64,000 nucleotides of DNA from Candidatus Latescibacterota bacterium (lineage in GTDB: Bacteria; Krumholzibacteriota; Krumholzibacteriia; WVZY01; JAKEHA01): the NCBI GenBank assembly GCA_963707635.1, contig OY970173.1, forward strand, positions 2,272,001 through 2,336,000, in the 5' to 3' direction. Positions 29,729-42,013 of the stretch are shown here, piece by piece. Numbering within the stretch: the stretch's first letter is position 1; every line of letters begins with the position of its first letter. Position numbers and translations under genes: made by a program. Below the pieces are notes generated by a model. The model saw nothing but the letters and a program-made list of their open reading frames with translations. It was not told the origin of the DNA and searched no databases.

Positions 29729-30610
29729 TCAGAAAAGCGCGACGTCGGCGGCCACACCGGTCGCGCTCACGTCGAACACCATGTTGTCGATGAGCCGCGT
29801 GCGGCCCACCCACGCGGCGGCCGCGAGTATAACCCGCCCCTCGACGCGCTCCAAAGTGCAAAGATCGCCCGCGCGGCGCAGCTCAGCATAGTCGATACGG
29901 TCGAACCCGTCCGCGCGCAGCGACGCGAGCGTCGCCCGCTCCACCGCCGCGGGGTCGCGCTCCCCCGCCTCCAGCGCGGCTCGCGCCCGCCCCAGCGCCC
30001 GGTACATCCCGGCCGCGCGCGTTCGTTCCCCGGGGGTGAGGTAACGGTTGCGCGAGCTCAGGGCGAGCCCGTCCGCCTCCCGGACCGTGCGGCAGAGGCG
30101 CAGCTCGATGCCCATGTTCAGTTGATCGACGAGGGTGCGAACGACGAGCGCCTGCTGCGCGTCCTTCTGACCGAACACGGCCACGTCCGGCGCCACGATG
30201 TGAAACAACTTGGTCACCACCGTGGCCACGGCGCGGAAATGGCCGGGGCGAAAGCGCCCGCACAGCGGCTCCGACACGCTGTCGACCGTGACCCACGCGC
30301 GCGGCGGCTCCGGGTACACGACCTCGCGCGCGGGGGCGAAGAGCGCGTCGCAGCGCCACGCGCGCAGTTGCTCCTCGTCGGCCGCGAGCGTGCGCGGATA
30401 AGCGTCGAAATCCTCGCCCGGACCGAACTGGGTTGGATTGACGAAGATCGAGCAGACGACCAGCGCGCCGGGAATCTCGCGGCCCAGTGCGACGCACGCG
30501 CGGTGGCCGGCGTGGAGCGCCCCCATCGTGGGCACGAATACCACCGGCCGGTCCCGCCCGCGAGCGGCCAGGAACCCCTGGAGCGGTTCGATCGCGCGAA
30601 ATACGTCCAT
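29729..30610 (-). CDS. panC: Pantoate--beta-alanine ligase
   Basis: FVPTMGALHAGH, SIFVNPTQF, RPGHF, FGQKDAQQ, GLALSSRN, RLIDN; start ATG 30610. Confidence 0.96.
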   Translation of the reverse strand: MDVFRAIEPLQGFLAARGRDRPVVFVPTMGALHAGHRACVALGREIPGALVVCSIFVNPTQFGPGEDFDAYPRTLAADEEQLRAWRCDALFAPAREVVYPEPPRAWVTVDSVSEPLCGRFRPGHFRAVATVVTKLFHIVAPDVAVFGQKDAQQALVVRTLVDQLNMGIELRLCRTVREADGLALSSRNRYLTPGERTRAAGMYRALGRARAALEAGERDPAAVERATLASLRADGFDRIDYAELRRAGDLCTLERVEGRVILAAAAWVGRTRLIDNMVFDVSATGVAADVALF

Positions 30611-30618
30611 AGGGGACG

Positions 30619-31434
30619 CTACTCCGACGAGTAGCTGTGGTCGAGGTCGGGAAAGCGGCCGTCTTTCACGTCGCGGATGTACGCGTCGAACGCGGCCGAC
30701 ATCTGCTTGCCCATCTCGGCGTAGCGTTTCACGAACCGCGGCGCGAACTCGTCGTTCATGCCCAGCAGGTCGTTGACCACGAGCACCTGGCCGTCGCAGC
30801 GGGGACCCGCTCCGATGCCGATGGTGGGGATGGACACCGCCGCCGTGATGCGCTCCGCCAGCTGCCACGGCATGCCCTCGACCACGATGGCGAAACACCC
30901 GCACGCCGCCAGGAACTGCGCCTCCTCGACCAGCAGCTCCGCGTCGCGCGGCTCCTTCCCCTGCACGCGGTAGCCGCCGAACTGGTGCAGGGACTGCGGC
31001 GTCAAACCGACGTGCCCCATCACCGGAATGGCGGCGTCGAGGATCGCGCGGATGACCGGCTCCATGCGCTTGCCTCCCTCGAGCTTCACGGCTTCCGCGC
31101 CTCCCTCCTTGACCAGTCGGCCCGCGTTGCGGACCGCATCCGGCACCCCCGCCTGATAGCTCATGAACGGCAGGTCGCCGACCAGCAGGGCGCGTGGGCG
31201 CGCGCGCGCCACCGCCTTCAAGTGATGCACGATCTCTTCCAGCGTCACCGGAATCGTGTTCTCGTACCCGAGCACCACCATCCCGAGGCTGTCTCCCACC
31301 AGCATGACGTCGACCCCGCTCTGGTCCTCCAGCACCGCCGTCGCGTAGTCGTACGCAGTGAGCATGACGATTTTCTCGCCGCGGCGCTTCATCTCGGCCA
31401 GGGTCTGGACCGTCACCTTCGCGCGCCGCGTCAT
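30619..31434 (-). CDS. panB: 3-methyl-2-oxobutanoate hydroxymethyltransferase
   Basis: MLTAYD, LVGDSLG, DLPFMSY, VKLEGG, MGHVGLTPQS, IGIGAG. Confidence 0.97.
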   Translation of the reverse strand: MTRRAKVTVQTLAEMKRRGEKIVMLTAYDYATAVLEDQSGVDVMLVGDSLGMVVLGYENTIPVTLEEIVHHLKAVARARPRALLVGDLPFMSYQAGVPDAVRNAGRLVKEGGAEAVKLEGGKRMEPVIRAILDAAIPVMGHVGLTPQSLHQFGGYRVQGKEPRDAELLVEEAQFLAACGCFAIVVEGMPWQLAERITAAVSIPTIGIGAGPRCDGQVLVVNDLLGMNDEFAPRFVKRYAEMGKQMSAAFDAYIRDVKDGRFPDLDHSYSSE

Positions 31435-32114
31435 CGCGCCTCCCACGTGGGCACATACAACTCCGTGTTGACCACCGGTTCCGCGAGGCGGCGCACCAGA
31501 TCGAAGAAATGCCGCTCGTCGTTCACGAAATCCATCGCGTCGGTATTGACCACCAGCAGCGGACCGGCCGCGTAGTTGAAGAAGTAGTGGTTGAACGCCT
31601 CGTTGAGCGCGTCGAGGTAGTCGCGCGAAAGCGAGCGCTCGTAGCCGCGGCCGCGCGACTGAATGCGGTCGAAGAGCACGGAGGCCGACGCCTGCAGGTA
31701 GATCACCAGGTCGGGTCGCACCACCCGCGCCTCGAGCTCCGACGCCACACGCTCGTAGAGGGCCAGCTCGTCGTCGCTCAGATTCACGTTGGCAAAGATG
31801 CGGTCGCGGGCGAACACGTAGTCGAATACCACGAGGTCGGCGAAGAGATCCTGCTGGTTCAGGGCGAGCTGCTGCTTGTAGCGGTTCATCAGGAAGACGA
31901 GCTGGGTCTGGAACCCGTAGGCCCCGGTGTCCTCGTAGAAGCGCTCGAGGAACGGGTTGTCGTCGACGCGATCCTCGACCAGACGCCCCCCCAGCCGCTT
32001 GACGATCAGGCGCGCGAGCGACGACTTGCCGACGCCGATGTTGCCCTCGACGGCGATGCGGGCATAGCCCCGGCCGAGGATGCCGCCACGAATATCCGGG
32101 TAGCTCACGTCCAC
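31431..32114 (-). CDS. Deoxynucleoside kinase
   Basis: IAVEGNIGVGKS P-loop, NPFLERFY, PDLVIYLQA; usual folK-dNK-panB context. Confidence 0.92.
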   Translation of the reverse strand: MDVSYPDIRGGILGRGYARIAVEGNIGVGKSSLARLIVKRLGGRLVEDRVDDNPFLERFYEDTGAYGFQTQLVFLMNRYKQQLALNQQDLFADLVVFDYVFARDRIFANVNLSDDELALYERVASELEARVVRPDLVIYLQASASVLFDRIQSRGRGYERSLSRDYLDALNEAFNHYFFNYAAGPLLVVNTDAMDFVNDERHFFDLVRRLAEPVVNTELYVPTWEAR

Positions 32115-32115
32115 G

Positions 32116-32637
32116 TCAGCCTCGCATCGCCAGGGAACGCCCGCTGACCCGCACGAGGTCGCCCGGCGCGGGCAGGGCCGCCGCGAGATCGCCGATTCCG
32201 CGACCCGTCCGCGGGCACACGAACCCGGGGGCCACTTCGCGCAACGGGATCAGCACGAACGCGCGCTCGTGGAATCGAGGGTGCGGAAGCTTCAGCCGCT
32301 CGCCGACGACGACCTCGTCTCCGGCCGCGATGAGATCGAGGTCGATCTCGCGCGACTGCCAGTGCCCGCCGGTGCGGCCGCCCTTCGCCTCGATGGCCTG
32401 CAATCGCTCTAGCAAATCGAGGGGTGGGAGTAAAGACGCAACTTGCGCGACGGCGTTGACGAACGGCGGGGCGCCCGGCATCCCGAGCGCGGGTGATTCA
32501 TAGAGGCTGCTCAGGCCCAGCAGGCGCACGGCCCCGCCACTGCCCAGCGCGCGGGCGGCGCCGAGAACCGATTGCTCGCGCTGGCCGAGATTGGATCCGA
32601 GCGCGACATAGGCGACTGAGATCACGGTGGACCGCAT
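32116..32637 (-). CDS. folK: HPPK (2-amino-4-hydroxy-6-hydroxymethyldihydropteridine diphosphokinase)
   Basis: ALGSNLG, SSLYES, FVNAV, REIDLDLI, LPHPR..ERAFVLIPL. Confidence 0.95.
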   Translation of the reverse strand: MRSTVISVAYVALGSNLGQREQSVLGAARALGSGGAVRLLGLSSLYESPALGMPGAPPFVNAVAQVASLLPPLDLLERLQAIEAKGGRTGGHWQSREIDLDLIAAGDEVVVGERLKLPHPRFHERAFVLIPLREVAPGFVCPRTGRGIGDLAAALPAPGDLVRVSGRSLAMRG

Positions 32638-32662
32638 GAGTAGGGGCGGCGAGCCGCGGTCG

Positions 32663-33034
32663 TCACATGACCGGGGCCTCGCGGACCAGATACACTTCCA
32701 CGTGCGAGAGATTGTTGGGAAACGGAAGGTTTAGCTTTCGCAGCCGGATCTCCACCTTCGAGACCGCGAAACTGGCAATGATGGCGGCGCAGATCTCGTC
32801 GCCGAGCGACTCGAGCAATCGGTAGCGCTTCTCGCCGCCGACTACCTCCATCACGCGGCTGTAGATGGACTCGTAGTTGATCGTGTCCTGCAGCGAATCC
32901 GTGCGGCACGCCCGCGCAAGGTCGGCGTGGATGTCGAGGTCGATCTGGATCTTCTGCCCGACCTCCCGCTCCGCGGGCGACACACCGTAAAAACCGAATA
33001 CGGTGATGTCCTTGAGCCGGATGACGTCTGTCAC
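32663..33034 (-). CDS. folB: Dihydroneopterin aldolase
   Basis: GV..AEREVGQ, DSLQDTINY, LLESL; adjacent to folK. Confidence 0.9.
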   Translation of the reverse strand: MTDVIRLKDITVFGFYGVSPAEREVGQKIQIDLDIHADLARACRTDSLQDTINYESIYSRVMEVVGGEKRYRLLESLGDEICAAIIASFAVSKVEIRLRKLNLPFPNNLSHVEVYLVREAPVM

Positions 33035-33043
33035 CGTCGCATC

Positions 33044-34678
33044 CTACTGGACCGCAGCGGAAATGTTGACGGTGACGATTCCGGGCTCCGCGCTCAACGG
33101 GGTGACGCCGAATACCGGCATCCAGAGCTGATTGCCCGTTCCCCACACGGGGCTCATCGACATGAACGTGCGGTACGAACTGACGTTGCCTGTCGGCCAG
33201 GTGCCGGTGATGGCGAGCGGAGCGGTCAGCTCACTCGCGTCGATGTCCAGCAGCTCGAACCACGACACGTTGGCGCGGGAGCGCCGGTAGACCATCCATT
33301 CTCCGTCCGGCGACCACGCCAGGTCGCGGAGCCCGTCTCCCGGCGGCACGGTGAGCAGCGGGGCCGCGTTGCTGCCCGTCATCAGGTAGATGGCGCCGCC
33401 GACGCCGGGTGCCACCGGAATCACGGCCAGGGCCGATCCATCCGGGGACCACGTCATCTCGAGCGGGGGTCCGGGCAGCCCGGTGACATCGACCGTGGTG
33501 CCGCCACTCGAATTGGTCTGAATCAGGTACAGCGTTCCATCCTTCGCCACCACCGCCAGCTCCGGAGCCACCGGATTCCATGTCTTCAGCGGCGGCTGGA
33601 GCTGAGGCAGCGATCCCGACGCGATCGACCCGCCCGTGCTGCTGAGCTGCACGAAATGCGTGTAGTCTGCGTCAACGACATCGCCGCTCATGGCGGCACC
33701 GTATATCTCCCACTTCGATTTTCCGGTCGGGTCGGCGACGAACGTGAGCCAGTTCTGGTCGGTGGAAAACGTGGGAAAAAAGCTCCGCTTAAACTTCTGC
33801 CCGCCCGTCACCCGCACCCGCGTGTTCTGCATCAGGTCGTACACGAATACTTCGAACGAATCGAACGCCGCGTTGAAGCGATCTGGAAGGTAGCCCTGGA
33901 ACGCCACCAGGTGGCCGTTTGCCGAAATCGCCGGCTGGGTGTACTGCTGTCGCAGCTCGGACGGCGGAATCGAGTTGTCCACGGTGAGGCGCTGGAAGGT
34001 ACCGGCCCCCAAATGCGCGACGTAGATATTCCGGGGACGGTTTGCCCCCGTGGCGGGGCCGGTATAGGTCGTGTCCGCCCAGTATGCCTCGAACGCCAAG
34101 TCGGGTGCGAACACGACGTCGAACTGGTTGGCCACCGACGGAGGCGCGGCGTCGAGCGAGGACGCGCCGTTGAAGCGGTACAGGTCGGTTCCCTGACTGA
34201 CGTTGGTGGTGCGCCGGTGGTAGAAGGTCGGCCCGCCCGTAATCAACGTCACCGCGCCGGCGTCGTCCATCACCACCGCGCTCTCTCCGGCCACCAGGAC
34301 GTCGGTGGAATGCGACGCGCTACCGACAGAGTTGGTCGCACGCGCCGTAACCACGTAGACTTCGGACGTCGCCGGAGCCACCCAGTGGACCGTGAGCTGG
34401 TCGTCCTCGACGAACGTGCCCCCGGTCGCTGTCCACGACAGCACGGGAATGTCACCCGCGTTGGCGGACGACGAGCGTACGTCCGCAGTCATGATCAGGG
34501 TATCGCCCGCCGCGGCCGTCTTCGGGCTGGCAATGATCTGCGCGACCGTCAGCGGCGTTGAGGTCCCGTCGCCCCCGTCGACGACCGGTTCGTCCTTCCC
34601 GCACGCACCCACTGCCAACCCCACCAGTCCGGCCAGCACGAATCGACCGAGTCGCGTTGCATTCTTCTTCAAGACCAC
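33044..34678 (-). CDS. Lipoprotein with Ig-like N-domain and TolB-like (PD40) beta-propeller
   Basis: Lipobox AVGAC; PAISANG, PTFSTD and WSPDG repeats. Confidence 0.75.
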   Translation of the reverse strand: MVLKKNATRLGRFVLAGLVGLAVGACGKDEPVVDGGDGTSTPLTVAQIIASPKTAAAGDTLIMTADVRSSSANAGDIPVLSWTATGGTFVEDDQLTVHWVAPATSEVYVVTARATNSVGSASHSTDVLVAGESAVVMDDAGAVTLITGGPTFYHRRTTNVSQGTDLYRFNGASSLDAAPPSVANQFDVVFAPDLAFEAYWADTTYTGPATGANRPRNIYVAHLGAGTFQRLTVDNSIPPSELRQQYTQPAISANGHLVAFQGYLPDRFNAAFDSFEVFVYDLMQNTRVRVTGGQKFKRSFFPTFSTDQNWLTFVADPTGKSKWEIYGAAMSGDVVDADYTHFVQLSSTGGSIASGSLPQLQPPLKTWNPVAPELAVVAKDGTLYLIQTNSSGGTTVDVTGLPGPPLEMTWSPDGSALAVIPVAPGVGGAIYLMTGSNAAPLLTVPPGDGLRDLAWSPDGEWMVYRRSRANVSWFELLDIDASELTAPLAITGTWPTGNVSSYRTFMSMSPVWGTGNQLWMPVFGVTPLSAEPGIVTVNISAAVQ

Positions 34679-34852
34679 AAACCTCCAACTAGACCGGCGT
34701 CCGGGAGCTCAGCCGAGGAACCCGCCCGACTCTGAGTAAGTAACGGAAGCGCACCAGGGTGGGGTTGTCGTAGGTACGATACGCGTCCATCGCGCTGTTT
34801 TTCAAGCGCTTTTTGCGGCCGACCGGCCCGCGGGGGCCGCCCCGGGGCCCGG

Positions 34853-34894
34853 AAACAAAAAGCGCGCCGACGGTTGGTCACCGCCGGCGCGCTT
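34853..34894 (-). terminator. Intrinsic terminator after groEL
   Basis: Minus strand AAGCGCGCCGGCGGT..ACCGTCGGCGCGC stem followed by TTTTTGTTT. Confidence 0.75.
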
Positions 34895-34918
34895 CGCCGC
34901 GCTCGCGCGCGTTTTCGA

Positions 34919-36545
<1,627 letters not shown>

Positions 36546-36593
36546 GTCGTGGCCTCCTGTGTGGTTCGAATTTGAATCGAATGATGTTCCTGG

Positions 36594-36878
36594 CTAGAGA
36601 ATCGCGAGGATCTCGTCTTCCTTCACGACGAGATACTTCGAGCTGTCGATCTCGATCTCGTTGCCCGCGTATTTCGCAAACAGCACGCGGTCGCCCTTCT
36701 TGACTTCGGGCTCGATGCGCTCGCCGCTGTTGGTGCGGCGGCCCTTGCCGACCGCGATGACTTCGCCCTCCTGCGGGCGCTCCTTCGCCGTGTCGGGGAT
36801 GATGATGCCGCCCTTCTTCTTCTCTTCCTTCTCGAGCAACCGGACGATCACGCGGTCACCCAGTGGGATCATCTTCAT
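36594..36878 (-). CDS. groES: Co-chaperonin GroES
   Basis: [34 protein letters not shown] 36878 with AAGGAGG SD. Confidence 0.97.
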   Translation of the reverse strand: MKMIPLGDRVIVRLLEKEEKKKGGIIIPDTAKERPQEGEVIAVGKGRRTNSGERIEPEVKKGDRVLFAKYAGNEIEIDSSKYLVVKEDEILAIL

Positions 36879-36964
36879 GGGGTAGCCTCCTTCGAGCGGG
36901 TGGCGTGCCTCGCACGCCCCGTCTTGATTGACTTGGTATCGGTATAGTGATTCTGACAGGTCGC

Positions 36965-36991
36965 TTAGCAGTCGACGATGCCGACTGCCAA
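36965..36991. promoter_or_regulatory. CIRCE element (HrcA operator), variant
   Basis: TTAGCAGTC-N9-GACTGCCAA versus consensus TTAGCACTC-N9-GAGTGCTAA, directly upstream of groES. Confidence 0.85.
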
Positions 36992-36999
36992 TCGGGGTT

Positions 37000-37029
37000 A
37001 CTTTAGGACGTAACCCCCCGGTCGTGCAA
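37000..37029 (-). promoter_or_regulatory. Putative sigma70 promoter of groESL (TTGCAC-N18-TAAAGT)
   Basis: Immediately upstream of CIRCE in the expected orientation. Confidence 0.55.
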
Positions 37030-37059
37030 GTGAAACTTTTCGTAAGTGCGGGCGGGGGC

Positions 37060-37817
37060 CTACTCGAGATCGTCGATTCCCCGCCCGATCGCGGCCAGTC
37101 CGAGCAGGGTGAGGTCTGGGATGACCTGCCACTGCCGGGAAGCAGGGGCGAGAGTCGGGCCGCGTGCCCGCCGGTCATGATGATCGTAAGCCGTTTCCCG
37201 GACCTGGCTTCCAGCATCGCGGCCGCCGCGCGGATCCCGCCTGCCGCCCCCAGCACCGCGCCCCAGCGCATGGCGGACTCCGTGTCGTCGATGCGGCGGG
37301 GTGCCAGCGGCCCCCGGGCGAAATCAATCGGCGGCAGGCGGGCTGTGACCCGGTGGAGGGCGTCGAGCGAGGTGGTCGGCCCGGGCAGGATCACCCCACC
37401 GAGGAACCGCCGCTCGACGATCAGGTCGACGGTGATGGCGGTACCGGCATCGATGACGACGGCGGAACGCCGCCCCCCGCGTACCGCCCCGCACGCGGCG
37501 CACAGGCGATCGGTCCCCACCCGTTCCGGCCGGCGCACCCCGATCGATACCGGCATCCGGGTGCGATGGGTGACGACGATCGCGTCGAGGCCGGTGGCGT
37601 GTTCGATCGCCCGCACGACGCGCGCCGTGGACGCGGGCCGGACCGACGACACCAGCGCGCGCTCGATCGACCCCCCCGCGCGCGCGACGCGTGCGACCGC
37701 GCGGGCGATCTCGCGCGCCGGCGCGCCGCTGGACACGCGGGTCACCCGCACCACGCGCGTGCCGCGGACCGCGGCGATCTTCGTGCTCGTGTTCCCGATG
37801 TCGACGCAGAGCATCAT
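37060..37817 (-). CDS. coaX: Type III pantothenate kinase (apparent -1 frameshift near 37137-37139)
   Basis: [32 protein letters not shown]; the shifted frame gives the typical C-terminus [10 protein letters not shown] ending at TAG 37060. Confidence 0.9.
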
Positions 37818-38620
37818 TCCACCACCTCCACGGTCTCGCCGTAGAGCAACGCCTCGCTCCCGTCGCGGTCGAGACGCACCCGCAGCGCCCCGTCGGACCC
37901 GACGCCGAGCGCGAGCGCGCGCAGCCGCTCGCCGCCCGATTCGAAGGCCACCATCCGGCCCCGCTGCAACAGGCGCGATTCGTAGGCGGACGCCAGCGGC
38001 CCGAAGCCGTCGCGGCGGAAGCGATCGTAGTACGACTCGATCGTGCCGACGACGTCGGCGAGCACGAACGCCCGGTCCCACTCCGAACCGGTGAGTGTCA
38101 GGCAGGACACCGCGGGCATGCGCAGTTCGGAAGGAAACTCCTCCGCACGCGCGTTCACGTTGACCCCGATTCCCACCACCAGGTGCGAGAGCGCCCCGCC
38201 CGCGCTCGCGCTTTCGGCAAGTACGCCGGCGAGCTTCCCCCCGGCTGCAACCACATCGTTCGGCCACTTGACCCCGACTTCCACGTCGAGCAGCTTCGAG
38301 AGCGCGATCGATGTGGCCATCGCGACCAGGAGCGCGACGGGCAATGCGCCGCGCGCGTCTCCGCCCGGGCGCAGGATCACCGACGCCAGCACGTTGCGCC
38401 CCGCCGGGCTCGCCCATGTGTGGGTGCGGCGGCCCCGGCCGCGGCGCTGGAGGTTCGCCACCACCAGCGTGCCCTCCGGTTCGCCGGCTCGCGCCAGCGC
38501 CAGCGCGACGTCGTTGGTCGAATCGGTCTCCGGGTAGAAATAGATGCGGCGGCCGAGCCGCGCCGTCGCCAGGAAGCGGCGGACGTCGGCCGGCAGCGGA
38601 CCGGTGGCGCCCGCCATCAC
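37814..38620 (-). CDS. birA: Biotin--[acetyl-CoA carboxylase] ligase (no HTH)
   Basis: DSTND, QRRGRGR..W, KWPND, KLAGVL, VGIGVN. Confidence 0.93.
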   Translation of the reverse strand: MMAGATGPLPADVRRFLATARLGRRIYFYPETDSTNDVALALARAGEPEGTLVVANLQRRGRGRRTHTWASPAGRNVLASVILRPGGDARGALPVALLVAMATSIALSKLLDVEVGVKWPNDVVAAGGKLAGVLAESASAGGALSHLVVGIGVNVNARAEEFPSELRMPAVSCLTLTGSEWDRAFVLADVVGTIESYYDRFRRDGFGPLASAYESRLLQRGRMVAFESGGERLRALALGVGSDGALRVRLDRDGSEALLYGETVEVVE

Positions 38621-39479
38621 AGCACCTCGAGGCTCATCGACGCGGCCGGAGCGGAATGGGTCAGCGCGCCGACCGAGATGAAATCGACCCCCGGCAGCGC
38701 AAGGGCGCGCACCGTCTCGAGCGTCACGCCGCCCGACACTTCCAGCTCGAGGCGCCTCTCCGGGTGCGCATGACGGAACTCCTCCACCAGCCGCACCGCG
38801 CTGGCCACGTCCCCGGGGGAAAAATTATCGAGCATCACGCGGTCGATGCGCCGTCCCAACACCGCGCGCAGGAACTCGATCGAGTCCACTTCCACCTCGA
38901 CGAACGGCGCTCGCGCGCCGCCGTCGAGCACTCGCAAGAGCGCGTCGCGCCCGCCCAGCGCGCGCACGTGGTTGTCCTTCACCAGCACCATCGCGCCGAG
39001 ATCGCGCCGGTGATTGTGCGCGCCGCCGCATCGCACCGCGTACTTCTCGAGCTCGCGCCACAGCGGCGTGGTCTTGCGCGTGTCGAGAATCTGGACGCCC
39101 GTGCCGGCCACCGCCGTCACGAACCGCGCCGCGTGGGTGGCGATGCCGCACATGCGCTGGAGGAAATTGAGCGCGGTTCGCTCGGCCGACACCACCGACC
39201 GGGCGGGTCCGCCGACCCGGCCGAGGACTCCGCCCGCCGCTACGAGCTCGCCGTCGGCGGCGACCGCGTCGAACCGGCAGCGAGCGTCGATCTGACGAAA
39301 CGTCTCGCGCGCCAGCTCGACCCCGCTCACCACCGTCTCCTGCGCCACGCGAATCTCCGCCGACACGGGCTGCTCACCCAGCGCGAGGTAGGCGACCGTC
39401 GCATCGTGGCGGGCCGCGTCTTCCTCGACGGCGGCGGCAACCCACGCGCTCACCCGCTGCGGGTCGAGGGGTGAGAGGT

Positions 39480-39483
<4 letters not shown>
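38617..39483 (-). CDS. nadC: Quinolinate phosphoribosyltransferase
   Basis: [41 protein letters not shown]. Confidence 0.96.
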
Positions 39484-41520
<2,037 letters not shown>

Positions 41521-41524
<4 letters not shown>

Positions 41525-41922
41525 CCGCGACGCTCGCACAGGAGCAGCAACGTCAGCACCAGGATGGCGACGACCATGAGGGGAACCACCAGGCTGCGAA
41601 CCACGCGCGGCGGCCCCAGCTTTTCTTCGCGCACGCTCTGCTCGATCTCCCACGACGGACCGGTCCCGCCCCCGGCGGAACTCGACCGGGCCCGGATCAT
41701 CGCCCACAGCTTGCCCCCGTCCAGGCCGAGGAAGTCGGCGTAGGTGCGGAGGAAACCCTTCAGGTAGGTCTCGCTCGGAAACCCCTCGAAGTCGTCCGCC
41801 TCGAGCGCGGTGATCGTCTGCGCGGAAATCTTCGTCTCGCGATTCACCTGCTCGACGGAAAGCCTCCGCTCCTCGCGCGCCGCGCGCAGGATCTCGCCGA
41901 TGGTCTTTCCTTCCGTGATCAC
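41521..41922 (-). CDS. RodZ-like HTH (Xre) membrane protein, short form
   Basis: [35 protein letters not shown]-terminal TM segment. Confidence 0.8.
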
Positions 41923-42013
41923 GCATCACCTCCCGGCCAACGCCCGCGCGCACCCGCCGTCGCCGTTGTGGACCAATCAGAACACGCGACGCGGGCGCCC
42001 GGCAACCGCAAAC

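Noticed and set aside
36594..38417. Apparent 607-aa CoaX-GroES fusion ORF
   Set aside because: It is produced by the coaX frameshift reading through the promoter/CIRCE region; groES has its own SD and start codon
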